From: an uncultured Solirubrobacterales bacterium
GTDB lineage: Bacteria > Actinomycetota > Thermoleophilia > Solirubrobacterales > JBBDJG01
Assembly (NCBI GenBank): GCA_963774075.1
Contig: CAVZDP010000005.1
Coordinates: forward strand, 528,608-592,607
DNA length: 64,000 nucleotides
Reading direction: 5' to 3'
Numbering within the stretch: position 1 is the stretch's first letter; each line of letters starts with the position of its first letter. The position numbers and the translations under genes were made by a program. Shown one piece after another: positions 18,512-28,384 of this stretch. Under the pieces are notes generated by a model. That model saw only the letters and a list, made by a program, of their open reading frames with translations. It did no database searches and had not been told where the DNA came from.

Positions 18512-19200
18512 CTCGCCTCGGGCAGCACGTAGAACGCAACCACCGCGTACTGGATCGCGGCGGCGGCGATAACGAGCACGTGGAAGATCTCGTGGTAGCC
18601 GAATACCGCCGGCGCGGGGTCCGGCCGCTGCGCCGCATACACGACCGCGCCCAGCGTGTAGAGGATGCCGCCGGCACCGAGAAGGACCGTACCGGCGACG
18701 CCGATCCTGGAGACCAGCTCGGGGAAGGCGACCACCGCGACCCAACCGAGCGACACGTAGACGACCGCGGTCACCCACTTCGGCGAGTCGACCCACACGA
18801 GGTTGAGGATGACGCCGGCGAGTGCTCCCGCCCAGACCGCGATCAGGATCGCGGTTGCGAGCGCTCCGTCGAGCGCGAGCAGCGCGAAGGGCGTGTAAGT
18901 GCCCGCGATCAGGAAGAAGATCATCGAGTGGTCGAGCCTTCGCATCCAGCGCCGCGCCGCCTGCGACGACCAGTTCACACGGTGGTAGAGCGCGCTGACG
19001 CCGAACATCGCGCCGACGCTCACCGCGTAGACGGCGGTCGCCACAGTGGCCCGTCCCGCTGGCGCGATCGCGATCAGGAGCGCGCCGGCGGCGAGCGAGA
19101 CAAAGAAGGCCCACTGGTGGAAAACGCCCCGAAGCCGCGGCTTCACCTGGGCTGTCAGCGTGGCGTCCATCACTGAAGCCGAAGATACACCCGCGGCCAA
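18508..19200 (-). CDS. hemolysin III / PAQR family membrane protein
   Basis: Seven hydrophobic segments and family motifs (RGVFHQWAF, DHSMIFFLIAGTYTPF, GYHEIFHVLVIAAAAIQY). Confidence 0.85.
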   Translation of the reverse strand: MAAGVSSASVMDATLTAQVKPRLRGVFHQWAFFVSLAAGALLIAIAPAGRATVATAVYAVSVGAMFGVSALYHRVNWSSQAARRWMRRLDHSMIFFLIAGTYTPFALLALDGALATAILIAVWAGALAGVILNLVWVDSPKWVTAVVYVSLGWVAVVAFPELVSRIGVAGTVLLGAGGILYTLGAVVYAAQRPDPAPAVFGYHEIFHVLVIAAAAIQYAVVAFYVLPEAS

Positions 19201-19222
19201 GGATCGTTAGCCGTCCGCCTGC

Positions 19223-20914
19223 CTACGGGCAGGCGGAGCCCGTGCAGGTGCGATACGTCTGGAGGGTGCTGTGCAGCGGTGCCGGGTCGGGCGCGCCCGT
19301 GGGGTCGACACCGGGATCCCATTGGCCGTTGCCGCCGTAGAGATTTTCCTCCTGACCATAGTCGTTGGCGAGGTTGTAGTACTCGCGGAACGTGACGTTG
19401 CCGCTATCGCCGTAGTACTCGATGTACTGGAACTTGGGCGTCGCGTTGGGCGCGGAGCGAATCGAAGCCCAGGTAGGTGCAGGAGAGGCCGATGGGACGT
19501 CCGCCTCGCGCCAGTACTCCAGCAGGAGCTGGCCGCGTGCGGAGCCCGTTCGGAGATCCTTGCCGTCCACGCCCGCCGACACCGGTAAACCAACGGCGTT
19601 CAGCACCGTGGGCGCGATGTCGACGTTCGCCACCATCTTCGGCGAGCTGGCCCCCGCGGCCACACTCCCGGCCGGCCAGCGCATGTACATGGGCACGTTG
19701 ATGGACTCGGTGTAGGGAACGAGCTTGCCCTCGAGTGCGTGCTCGCCCCAGACGAAGCCATTGTCGGACACAAAGATCGCCAGTGTGTTGTTGGCCTCGC
19801 CGAAGTCCTGAAGCTTCTGCATCACGGCTCCAACCATGTCGTCCACCGACTTCAGCGCCGTCAACTGCCGGCGGCGCGTCGTCGCTGTAGCCGTCTCAGT
19901 GTTGGAAGTGGTGCGGGCGCAGCATCGACCGTCGCGTACGTATTGGGGCTTGTCGCTGCGGTCCGGCTCGTAATAGGACGCCGATTGCGTCGATTGGTAG
20001 GCGCAGTCCGGAATTGGGCCAGGGCAGTTCAAGTTGTTCTCGTACCCGGACTGCGGCTCGGCGCGCATGTGCGGCGCATACGGCGCCAAGTACAGAAACC
20101 AGGGCTGATCGTTGCCCATGCCTTCGGCGGTCTCCCTTGTCTGGAGGAATGTGAGCGCCCGCTCGCGGACGTACTGCGTCGAGTACGTGTACCAATTCCA
20201 CTGCGTACCGTGCTCGTTGCCCTGCGCGTCCAGATAGCCCTCGTTGACGTGCAACATGCATTCGTGGCTGTCGAGGACCTGTCTCGGTGGGACATTCGCA
20301 GGCACGTTCGGAACCGCACAGCCGCTATAGGCGCCGTAACCATTGTTGAAGATCCCCCACTCGTCCCAGTGCTTCGGATTCTCGATCGGATCGGGCGGTT
20401 GGGGGCCGGCGGTGATGGACTGCTCGTCCCAGATGTCCCAATCATTCAGAAACTTGCCATAGATTCCAGTGCGGTAGCCGTTATCGCGCAGGGAATGCTG
20501 AATCGTGGCGCCTTGATCGAGCGCGCTCGCTCCCGTTGGAGGCGGCCCGGGGTCGTTGATGATCGTCTTCACCTCGTGGTTGTGCGCGTACTGCCCGGTG
20601 AAAATCGAAGAACGCGAGGGGCAGCACTCCGGCGTGGTGGCGTATGCATTGGGAAACTCCGTGCCGCCGTTCCCGAACCAGGTCTTGACGTTGGGCATCC
20701 ACGTCACCGGCTGCCCCGAGGCTGGGTCGACCAAATCATCGATCGTGCCCGCGCGCTGGTCGTCGGTGAGGATCACCAGGATGTTCGGAGGATTGGGAAC
20801 CAGGGCGCCGGCGCTGTGAACGCCAAATAGCGCCGTTAAGAGCAATGTCGCACCGCACGTAACCGCCAGCGCAACCATTGCTCGTACAAGAGCAATGCGA
20901 CTCCCGATCATCAT
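19223..20914 (-). CDS. secreted Cys-type sulfatase
   Basis: ILVILTDDQR metal site and the formylglycine motif CCPSRSSIFTG. Hydrophobic N-terminus. The start is uncertain (the track ORF extends to 20959). Confidence 0.85.
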   Translation of the reverse strand: MMIGSRIALVRAMVALAVTCGATLLLTALFGVHSAGALVPNPPNILVILTDDQRAGTIDDLVDPASGQPVTWMPNVKTWFGNGGTEFPNAYATTPECCPSRSSIFTGQYAHNHEVKTIINDPGPPPTGASALDQGATIQHSLRDNGYRTGIYGKFLNDWDIWDEQSITAGPQPPDPIENPKHWDEWGIFNNGYGAYSGCAVPNVPANVPPRQVLDSHECMLHVNEGYLDAQGNEHGTQWNWYTYSTQYVRERALTFLQTRETAEGMGNDQPWFLYLAPYAPHMRAEPQSGYENNLNCPGPIPDCAYQSTQSASYYEPDRSDKPQYVRDGRCCARTTSNTETATATTRRRQLTALKSVDDMVGAVMQKLQDFGEANNTLAIFVSDNGFVWGEHALEGKLVPYTESINVPMYMRWPAGSVAAGASSPKMVANVDIAPTVLNAVGLPVSAGVDGKDLRTGSARGQLLLEYWREADVPSASPAPTWASIRSAPNATPKFQYIEYYGDSGNVTFREYYNLANDYGQEENLYGGNGQWDPGVDPTGAPDPAPLHSTLQTYRTCTGSACP

Positions 20915-21039
20915 CCTCCCCGAGGTGCGCTTTTTATAGAACGGCACGACACAAGTCAAGGGTCGCCCTAAAGTTTCTTGTCCGGACTGAAGGAATAGAG
21001 GCCCCAGCGCATTCCTGCCGCGCCCTACAATCGCCCCGC

Positions 21040-21957
21040 ATGCGGGTCGCAGTGGTCGACATCGGCACCAACTCGACGCGCCTGCTCGTGGCGGACGTGG
21101 CCGACGGCCGCGTCGAGGAGATCGTGCGGCGTACGACCGTGACGCGGCTCGGGGAGGGGGTGGACAGCCAGGGGCGGCTGCTCGACAGCGCCGTCGAGCG
21201 GGTACTGGCCACCTGCGCCGAGTACCGCGCCGAGATCGACCGCCACTCGCCCGAGCGCGTCGTCGCGGTGCTCACGAGCGCGGTGCGCGACGCCGACAAC
21301 GGCCCGGAGCTCGAGGCCGCGCTGCGCGAGCGATTCGAGTTCGAGGCAGAAACGATCAGCGGCGAGCGTGAGGCGCGGCTCACTTTCCTCGGGGCCTCGA
21401 GCGCTCGCAGCTATCACTCTCCTCTGCTCGTGCTCGACATCGGGGGCGGCAGCACCGAGTTCGTCGTCGGCGCCGGGTCGAACTTGGTCTTCTACGTCTC
21501 GACCCGGGCCGGCTCGGTCCGTCACACCGAGCGCAACCTCCACTCCGACCCCCCGAGCGACTTCGAGCTGGAGCGCTGCGCCGAGGAGATCCGGGCCCAG
21601 ATCGAGCGCTCGATCCCCGCCGAGGTTCGGCGCAGCGTCGTGGACGGAGTCGCGGTGGCCGGAACGCCCACCTCGTTCGCAGCCATCGACCAGCGCCTCG
21701 AGCCTTACGACTCCGAGCGGGTGGACGGCTACCGGCTCACGCGCACCGCATGCGAACGAATCCTCGCGCGGCTCGGCGCGCTGCGGCTGGAGGAGCGGCG
21801 CGGAGTGCCGGGCCTACACCCCGACCGGGCGCCGACCATCGTCGCCGGGGGCATCATCCTGCTCGAGTCGATGCGCGCGTTCAGCCTCGACTCGATGGAG
21901 GTCTCCGAGCACGACATCCTCGCGGGCGCCGCCCTCCAAGCGGCCGGATCGACCTGA
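21040..21957 (+). CDS. Ppx/GppA family phosphatase
   Basis: MRVAVVDIGTNSTRLLVADV and LDIGGGSTEF, the ASKHA phosphate-binding loops. The internal ATG at 21040 was chosen over the longer track ORF. Confidence 0.85.
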   Translation: MRVAVVDIGTNSTRLLVADVADGRVEEIVRRTTVTRLGEGVDSQGRLLDSAVERVLATCAEYRAEIDRHSPERVVAVLTSAVRDADNGPELEAALRERFEFEAETISGEREARLTFLGASSARSYHSPLLVLDIGGGSTEFVVGAGSNLVFYVSTRAGSVRHTERNLHSDPPSDFELERCAEEIRAQIERSIPAEVRRSVVDGVAVAGTPTSFAAIDQRLEPYDSERVDGYRLTRTACERILARLGALRLEERRGVPGLHPDRAPTIVAGGIILLESMRAFSLDSMEVSEHDILAGAALQAAGST

Positions 21958-21975
21958 CGCTCGCCTCTCACTCCC

Positions 21976-22488
21976 TCACGCAGCGGACGGCCGGTAGCCG
22001 CGCAGACGCCCCACCGGGGCGAGCAGCGCGAAGGCGGCCCGCAGCACGGGCTGAGGTCCGTCGAGCCGGAAGACGTCGCGGTACTCGTTCAGGAGCACGG
22101 CGAACGCGAGCGGCCCGGGCATGCCGTTGCTGCCGACCCGTCCGGAGCGATGCAGCGAGTCGATCGCGCGAAACCACTCGATGGTGCGACCACCGGGCGT
22201 CGTCCGCCAGAGGACCCGCGCCGGCTCGCCGCCCGGATTCCACATCTGGTGAACGGCGCCGCGCGGAACGTCGAGCGTGTCCCCCACGTCGAGCGTTCGT
22301 TTCTGCCCGTTCACCTTCGACTCCAACCTCCCGGCGAGCACCTCGAAGTGTTCGTCCTGCGCCGGGTGCAGGTGCTTGGGCGGCGCCGAGCCACCCGGCC
22401 CGTAGAGGGCCTCGACCTCCAGCGCCTCGGGAGAACTGTCGCGAACGGTCAGCGACTCGTGCGGTGTGACGGTGAGAGTTTCGGGCAC
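21976..22488 (-). CDS. cupin domain protein
   Basis: HLHPAQDEHFEVLAGRL...VPRGAVHQMWNPG (cupin motifs 1 and 2). GTG start with GAAGGAGGAA upstream. Confidence 0.75.
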   Translation of the reverse strand: MPETLTVTPHESLTVRDSSPEALEVEALYGPGGSAPPKHLHPAQDEHFEVLAGRLESKVNGQKRTLDVGDTLDVPRGAVHQMWNPGGEPARVLWRTTPGGRTIEWFRAIDSLHRSGRVGSNGMPGPLAFAVLLNEYRDVFRLDGPQPVLRAAFALLAPVGRLRGYRPSAA

Positions 22489-22513
22489 CGGTTCCTCCTT
22501 CGAATGAGCTCAG

Positions 22514-22531
22514 AAGCTTGACGGCAAGCTT
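22514..22531. promoter_or_regulatory. 18-bp palindrome AAGCTTG-ACGG-CAAGCTT upstream of the cupin gene
   Basis: Perfect 7-bp arms, 26-43 nt upstream of the cupin start, in a locally lower-GC stretch. Confidence 0.3.
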
Positions 22532-22816
22532 GCGTCGATGCGCCGAAGTTCGTTAATAGCCGCAGTTTGGGGCCAAAAAATCGGCCCTCTGGATTTGCCG
22601 TCGTCCGGCCCGTAGATAATCCCCGCCGGAATCGCGGCCCGGGTCTCCTTGGTCGAGGGTTCCAGCACATAGGCTCGGGCGACTAGCCGGACGTCATCGG
22701 CGCCTCCCGCCGCTCGAGTCGCTACAGGCCCCTCTGGCACGTACCCCTGCCCGTCCCGTAGGGGCCAAGTGGAAGCGGCGGTCGGCCCCACCTGCCGGCC
22801 GCCGTTTCGTTTCTCC

Positions 22817-24157
22817 TCAGAGCTGGAGATGTCCGTTCCGCACGGCGTACAGCTGCCACTCGCCCGGAACCCCCTTGAGCGAATGTGTGCCCCGCTCGGA
22901 GAACTCGATCCCCGAACCGGCCACGAGGTCGGTGACCGTGCGCGAGACGAGCACCTCGCCGGCGCCGGCAGCCGCCCCCACCCGCGCTCCGATGTTGACG
23001 GCGATCCCGCCGATGTCCTCGCCGATCACCTCGACCTCCCCGGTGTGTAGCCCGGCCCTGATCTCGACTCCGAGAGCGCGCACGGCATCGCGCGCCGAAG
23101 AGGCGCAGGCGATCCCCCGCGCCGGCCCGTCGAAGGTTGCGAGAAACCCGTCTCCCATCGTCTTCACCTCGCGACCGCGGTAGCGGTCGAGCTGCGTCCT
23201 CATCAATGCATCGTGTCGTTCGAGCAGCTCACGCCAGCTCCGGTCCCCCATGTCCGCAGCGCGCGAGGTGGAGTCGACGATGTCGGTGAACATCACCGTC
23301 GCGAGCATGCGATCTGGCTCGCGCTGCGAGCGCGTGCCCGTCAGGAACTCCTCGATCTCGTCCACGATCTCCTCCGGGCGCTCGAGTGGCAGGTGATCGT
23401 CGCCCGCGAGCTCGACGAACCTCGCCCCTTCGATTGCCTCGGCGATCATCCGGCCCTGGGCGAGCGGCACCATGCGGTCGCCGGTCCGGTGCAGGACCAG
23501 CGTCGGGACCTTGATCGCCCCGAGCACCGGGCGAACGTCGATCTTCGCGTACAGGCGAATCACCGCCTCCACCCCGCCGGGGCTTGTACCGACGCGAAGG
23601 AGCTTCGCCCACCACTGCTGCACAGCCTCGTCGTCTGCCATGCTCGGCGCCCAGAGATTGAGCGCCACCGGACCTCCCCAGTCGCGCCGTGCGAATTCGA
23701 TGAAGCGCTCGAACTGCTCCGGCTCGAACCCGGATGGGTTGTCGGGCGCCTTCAGGATCCTCGCCCAGGTGCCGTAGAGGATCAGGTGGGAGACGAGGTC
23801 GGGGTGAGTCGCTGCGAGCAGCATGCTCATCGGCCCGCCCTCCGAGATGCCGTAGACCGCCGCCCGTTTGGATCCGACCGCGGCGAGCACCGCGCGGGCG
23901 TCCTGCGCCGACTGCTCGAGAGTGGGCGGGCTCCCGGGACGGTCCGACAGCCCCTGGCCGCGCTTGTCGAACATGATCAGCCGGGAGAAGGAGGCGAGAC
24001 GCCCGAAGTAGGCGCGCGCAGCGGGCGCTTCCCAGAGCACCTCGAGGTGCGAGACGAAGCCCGGCAGGGCCAGCAGGTCGAACGGTCCGTCGCCGTGGAC
24101 GGCGTAGGCGATGCTCGCGCCGTCGCTGTCGACGTAGCGGATGTCCGGTGTGCTCAC
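22817..24157 (-). CDS. alpha/beta-hydrolase fused to a class III adenylate/guanylate cyclase domain
   Basis: N-terminal hydrolase fold (YGISEGG nucleophile elbow). C-terminal cyclase (ATVMFTDIVDST, KTMGDGFLATF, IRAGLHTGEVE, GIAVNIGARV). Confidence 0.85.
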   Translation of the reverse strand: MSTPDIRYVDSDGASIAYAVHGDGPFDLLALPGFVSHLEVLWEAPAARAYFGRLASFSRLIMFDKRGQGLSDRPGSPPTLEQSAQDARAVLAAVGSKRAAVYGISEGGPMSMLLAATHPDLVSHLILYGTWARILKAPDNPSGFEPEQFERFIEFARRDWGGPVALNLWAPSMADDEAVQQWWAKLLRVGTSPGGVEAVIRLYAKIDVRPVLGAIKVPTLVLHRTGDRMVPLAQGRMIAEAIEGARFVELAGDDHLPLERPEEIVDEIEEFLTGTRSQREPDRMLATVMFTDIVDSTSRAADMGDRSWRELLERHDALMRTQLDRYRGREVKTMGDGFLATFDGPARGIACASSARDAVRALGVEIRAGLHTGEVEVIGEDIGGIAVNIGARVGAAAGAGEVLVSRTVTDLVAGSGIEFSERGTHSLKGVPGEWQLYAVRNGHLQL

Positions 24158-24239
24158 GCGTACCTCACTCCGAGGACAGGGATCAGTGCCTCCGGCGTTG
24201 CCGTCGCCATGTCCGAGACGATAGCCGCGCGTCGCGCGG

Positions 24240-25928
24240 TCAGGCGAGGTTGGCGCTGCGCGGGTAGATCACCGTCGGGTCGGTGAGCACGTTCACGCAG
24301 GCCGGCTTGCCCGACGCGAACGCGCGGTCGAGCGCGGGGCGCAGCTGATCCGGGCGCTCGACCAGCTCGCCGTGGCCGCCCAGGGCCTCGACGATGAGGT
24401 CGTAGCGCGTCGCGGGGCGCAGCTCCGCAGCGACCGAGTACCCGTAGAGGAACTCCATCGGGTGCTTCTCGAGTGCCCAGATGCCGTTGTTGCCGATGAC
24501 GGCCACCACGGGCAGGCCGTGGCGGGCCATCGTGTCGAACTCCATGCCGGAGAAGCCGAACGCGCCGTCGCCGAGCAGGAGGCAGACCTGCCGATCGGGA
24601 CGGGCGACCTTTGCCGCGATTGCGTACCCCGGGCCGGCGCCGAGACACCCAAACGGCCCCGGGTCGAGCCAGCAGCCGGGCTCGTAGGTCTCGACCACGC
24701 GGCCGGCGTAGGAGACGAAGTCGCCGCCGTCACCGATCACGATCGCGTTTCGATCGAGCACCTCTCTCAACTCTCTGTATATCCGCAGCGGGTGCAGAGG
24801 GGCGCGGTCGTCGCCGAGCTCGGCCTCCTCCTTGGCGCGCTTCTGCTGCTCGGTCTGGCGCAGTGAGTCGCGCCACGCCTTCGTCTGGTCGGGCGAGCAG
24901 CCGGCAGCGAGGGCGGCCTCGCGCAAACCCGTGAGCGTCGCGGGCAGTCCGCCGTAGAGCTCGCCCGCAAGCTCTCGCGGCGCGTCTCGCTCGGGCTCGG
25001 CGGCGTCGATCTGGACCAGCCTCGTCTCTTCCCCGAAAGAGCCGCCGAAGCCAAGCCGGAAGTCCATCGGGACTCCGATGACGAGGGCCAGATCGGCTCC
25101 CTTCAGGGCCGCCCCTCGCGCCCGTGAGAAGTAGTTCGGGTGGTCCGCCGGCATGCACCCGCGAGCGAGCCCGTTGACGAAGACCGGGATGCCCAGCGAC
25201 TCCGAGAGCTCGCGCAGCGCCGTCTCGCCGTGGCCCCAGTAGAGGTCGGTGCCGGCCATGATCACGGGGCGCTCCGAGTCGGCGAGCAGGCCGGCGACGC
25301 GCTCGATCGCATCCGCGGAGGCGCCGGGGAGGTCGGCGGGGCTAGGAATCTCGCGCATCTCCTCGGGCTCGTCGGCTTCCATGAACACCACGTCGAGGGG
25401 CAGGTCGAGGAAGGACGGACCCGTCGGGGGGCGAAGCGACGCGGCGAGCGCCTCGTCGATCAGGCCCGGGATCTCCCCGGTCTCGAAGGCTGTCTGCGCG
25501 CTGCGCGTCAGCGGCCGCACGAACGGGACGTGGTCGATCTCCTGAAGCGAGCCCTGGCCCCAGCGCATCTGCGGCGCGCGCCCGCCGAGCGCGAGCATCG
25601 GCGAGTTGTTTTTGTGCGCGGAGGCGATCGCGCTCATACCGTTCGTCACGCCCGGGCCGGCCGTGAGCGCGCATATGCCCACCTCGCGCGTCACCTTCGA
25701 CCAGCCTTCCGCCGCGAACGCAGCGGCCGACTCGTGGCGTGTGTCGACGAGGTCGATCCCCTCCGTGCGGCAGCCGTCGTAGAGAGAGAAGAGGTGCCCG
25801 CCCGAAAGGGTGAAGAGCTTGGTGACGCCGCGCCGCTTGAGCCGTCGCGCCGCGAGCAGCCCGCCGTGCGGCTGCCTCTGCTCTTCCGCCTCCGCTCCCG
25901 CGGCCTGGGTCTCGTCCCGCGTCGCCAT
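24240..25928 (-). CDS. thiamine-pyrophosphate enzyme (acetolactate synthase-like)
   Basis: [16 protein letters not shown] and the TPP-binding [14 protein letters not shown]...NNG motif. The internal ATG at 25926-25928 (MATRDETQ) was chosen. The track ORF to 26402 runs antisense into mobA. Confidence 0.85.
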   Translation of the reverse strand: MATRDETQAAGAEAEEQRQPHGGLLAARRLKRRGVTKLFTLSGGHLFSLYDGCRTEGIDLVDTRHESAAAFAAEGWSKVTREVGICALTAGPGVTNGMSAIASAHKNNSPMLALGGRAPQMRWGQGSLQEIDHVPFVRPLTRSAQTAFETGEIPGLIDEALAASLRPPTGPSFLDLPLDVVFMEADEPEEMREIPSPADLPGASADAIERVAGLLADSERPVIMAGTDLYWGHGETALRELSESLGIPVFVNGLARGCMPADHPNYFSRARGAALKGADLALVIGVPMDFRLGFGGSFGEETRLVQIDAAEPERDAPRELAGELYGGLPATLTGLREAALAAGCSPDQTKAWRDSLRQTEQQKRAKEEAELGDDRAPLHPLRIYRELREVLDRNAIVIGDGGDFVSYAGRVVETYEPGCWLDPGPFGCLGAGPGYAIAAKVARPDRQVCLLLGDGAFGFSGMEFDTMARHGLPVVAVIGNNGIWALEKHPMEFLYGYSVAAELRPATRYDLIVEALGGHGELVERPDQLRPALDRAFASGKPACVNVLTDPTVIYPRSANLA

Positions 25929-25946
25929 CCGCGCAACACTACCCCA

Positions 25947-26540
25947 ATGGCGCCGCCTGTTGGGGACGCGATTGGAGCCGTCCTGGCGGGCGGCGCAGGC
26001 AATCGAATGGGCACGTCCAAGGCGACGATCGAGCTCGCCGGAAGGCCGCTGGTCCAGTATCCGCTCGCCGCGCTCGCGCGCGCAGGGCTCCCGGCGGTGG
26101 TCGTCGCCAAGGCGGACAGCGCGCTGCCGCCGATCGAGGCGCCCGTCTGGCTCGAGCCGGAAGAGCCGCGCCACCCTCTCGCCGGCATCCTCGCCGCGCT
26201 CGAGCGCGCGAACGGCCCCGTGGTCGTGGTCGGGTGCGACATGCCCTTCGTGGCTCCGGAGCTCCTGGCTTACCTCGCCACGCTCGCCGTTCCGGTCGCC
26301 CTGCCTGCCGCCGGCGGCCGCCTGCATCCGCTGCTTGCGCGCTACGAGCCGTCGCTCGCCGAAAGCCTCGAAGCGGCGCTCGGCGAGCGCTCCTCCTTGC
26401 ACGCGGCGGTGACGAGCCTCGACCCGGTCCTGATCGACGAGGGCGAGCTCGAGCGCTTCGGGGAGCCCGAGCGGCTGCTCTTCAACGTCAACACCCCGGC
26501 CGACCTGCGCCGGGCCGAGGCGCTGCTCGCCCGGGGTTAG
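25947..26540 (+). CDS. mobA: molybdenum cofactor guanylyltransferase
   Basis: [21 protein letters not shown] (MobA LAGG-x-S-x-RMG type motif) and [10 protein letters not shown]. Confidence 0.75.
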   Translation: MAPPVGDAIGAVLAGGAGNRMGTSKATIELAGRPLVQYPLAALARAGLPAVVVAKADSALPPIEAPVWLEPEEPRHPLAGILAALERANGPVVVVGCDMPFVAPELLAYLATLAVPVALPAAGGRLHPLLARYEPSLAESLEAALGERSSLHAAVTSLDPVLIDEGELERFGEPERLLFNVNTPADLRRAEALLARG

Positions 26541-27193
26541 TTCGGCCTGCGCCGAAGGCGAGGGAAGGTCTGGAACACCTTGTCCCAGAGCGGCGAGGTG
26601 ACGCCGAAGCCCCGGCTCGACTGCTGGAAGTGGTGACGGTAGTGGTAGCGGCGCAGCGCCAGGCTGAGCCTGTTCGTCGAGCGGTGGTGGTGCAGGTGGT
26701 AGTGCGTCATGTCGTACACGAGGTAGCCGAGCAGAAAACCGGCAAAGAAGGGCAGCGACCAGGCGGGCCCGAGCAGCGCGCGAAAGCCGATGAAGACGAG
26801 GATGGCGAGCGGCACGCTCACCGAGGGCGGCATCACGAGCCGCATCGGGTCGTGCGGGTAGTCGTGGTGCACGCCGTGGATGATGAAGTGCAGCTTGCGC
26901 CCCCAGCCCGTGTCCGGCTGGAAGTGGAAGACGAACCGGTGCAGCAGGTACTCGGCCAGCGTCCAGGCGGCGAGGCCAAGCGCGAACCCGCCGGCCACCG
27001 ATCCCACGGCGAGGCCTTCGTGACCGACCGCGCGCACGAGGCAGAAGACCATCACGGGCACGTAGATCAGGGGTGGCACGACCGGATGCACCCGCGACGC
27101 CAGCTCCAGCAACGGATTCTGGAACATGCGGGGCGAGAGCTCCTGCGGCGCCCTCAGCTCTGTCGCCGTTGGAGTGCTCATCGGAAGCCTCAT
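26537..27193 (-). CDS. fatty acid hydroxylase / sterol desaturase family membrane protein
   Basis: His boxes [16 protein letters not shown] and HYHLHHH, with hydrophobic segments. Confidence 0.75.
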   Translation of the reverse strand: MRLPMSTPTATELRAPQELSPRMFQNPLLELASRVHPVVPPLIYVPVMVFCLVRAVGHEGLAVGSVAGGFALGLAAWTLAEYLLHRFVFHFQPDTGWGRKLHFIIHGVHHDYPHDPMRLVMPPSVSVPLAILVFIGFRALLGPAWSLPFFAGFLLGYLVYDMTHYHLHHHRSTNRLSLALRRYHYRHHFQQSSRGFGVTSPLWDKVFQTFPRLRRRPN

Positions 27194-27246
27194 TCTAGTC
27201 GAGGCCGCACCGGTTCCAAAGTGGCCGTGGTTAGGATGAACGCCCT

Positions 27247-27639
27247 GTGGCGGAGCGCTCTAGACGGCGGGTCATGCGCCGGGGGTCGATCCCCCTCGTC
27301 GTCCACGGCGTGCTCGAGTACGCGCTCGGGGCGCTCTCGATCCTCGCGCCGATCTTCTTCTCGTTCGACTCGGATGGCGCCACGGTCATCTGCGTTGTCA
27401 TCGGCACCGGAATCCTCGTCGTCGGGATACTGACTCAGGCGCCGACCGGGATCGTCGCCAGCCTGCCGCTCGATTCCCACATAGTGCTCGACTACGTGAT
27501 CTCGCTCGTGCTGATCGTGACGCCGTTCGTGCTCGGCTTCACGGACGACGAGGCCGCTCTGGCCTACTTCCTGATCGCGGGCGTCGCGTACCTGCTGATG
27601 ACCATCATGACCCGCTACCGCCAGCCCGAAGCTGGCTGA
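27247..27639 (+). CDS. small integral membrane protein
   Basis: 130 aa with four hydrophobic helices. No motif. Confidence 0.5.
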   Translation: MAERSRRRVMRRGSIPLVVHGVLEYALGALSILAPIFFSFDSDGATVICVVIGTGILVVGILTQAPTGIVASLPLDSHIVLDYVISLVLIVTPFVLGFTDDEAALAYFLIAGVAYLLMTIMTRYRQPEAG

Positions 27640-27767
27640 GGGACGGTCGCCGGCGTGAGCGAGCGCCGCACCGACGACCAGCGGATCGCCCGCGGCCTTG
27701 CGCTCAGCTCGCGCGCCGGAATGAGCTGCTCTCGCGCGGGGAGCGCCCGCTCGGCTGGAAGATCGCG

Positions 27768-28352
27768 TTGAACGTCGAGGCGGTGCAGGAGCGGCTCGGA
27801 ATCTCGGCGCCGGTGATCGGCTCGCTCACCACTGCGAGCGAGGTCGAGCCCGGCGCGCCTCACGCTCTCACCGGGGCGACGCGGCCGGGGGTCGAGCCCG
27901 AGGTCGCGATCGTGCTCTCTCGCGACGTCTCCGGCGGCGGCCTGGACGAGGCGCGCACCGCGATCGGCGCACTCGCGCCGGCGATCGAGGTCGTTGACGT
28001 GGACCTTCCGTTCGACGACCTCGAGTCGATCCTGGCCGCCAACGTCTTTCATCGCGCGGTGGTTCTCGGCGCTGAGCGTCCACCAGGGGATCTCGCGCCG
28101 GGGCAAGCCATGGTCACTCGCGGAGGGGGCGAGCAGGCCAGCGGAGACCTGCCGTCGGAAAACGAGCTCGCGGTGACGGTTCGACTCGTCGCCGACCTGC
28201 TCGCCGAGGCCGGCGAGGTGCTGCGGGCGGGCGAGGTGATCATCGCCGGCTCGCTGACCCCGATCGTGTGGGTCGAGCCGGGCGACCAGGTCAAAGCCCG
28301 CATCGGAGCCCTCGGAGAAGTCGAGATCCATTTCGGACCCGGCGAAGGCTAG
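27768..28352 (+). CDS. 2-keto-4-pentenoate hydratase family protein (5' part apparently frameshifted)
   Basis: GWKIALN..., VEPEVAIVLSRD and EVIIAGSLTPIVWV...GALGEVEIHF resemble MhpD/HpcG-type hydratases. The N-terminal piece lies in another frame starting at the GTG at 27655. Confidence 0.6.
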   Translation: MNVEAVQERLGISAPVIGSLTTASEVEPGAPHALTGATRPGVEPEVAIVLSRDVSGGGLDEARTAIGALAPAIEVVDVDLPFDDLESILAANVFHRAVVLGAERPPGDLAPGQAMVTRGGGEQASGDLPSENELAVTVRLVADLLAEAGEVLRAGEVIIAGSLTPIVWVEPGDQVKARIGALGEVEIHFGPGEG

Positions 28353-28384
28353 AGTGCGGATACCAGCTACAGGAGGAGGACAAC

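Noticed and set aside
22510-22791. 93-aa minus-strand ORF between the cupin and cyclase genes
   Set aside because: Its 3' half has poor third-position GC (ATT, AAA, TTT, CAA, ACT codons) in an otherwise GC3-rich genome, and it has no SD or motif. The region more likely holds the cupin promoter and operator.
25929-26402. N-terminal extension of the TPP-enzyme ORF (720-aa version)
   Set aside because: It is antisense to mobA and Arg/Glu-rich. The enzyme fold starts right after the internal ATG at 25928.
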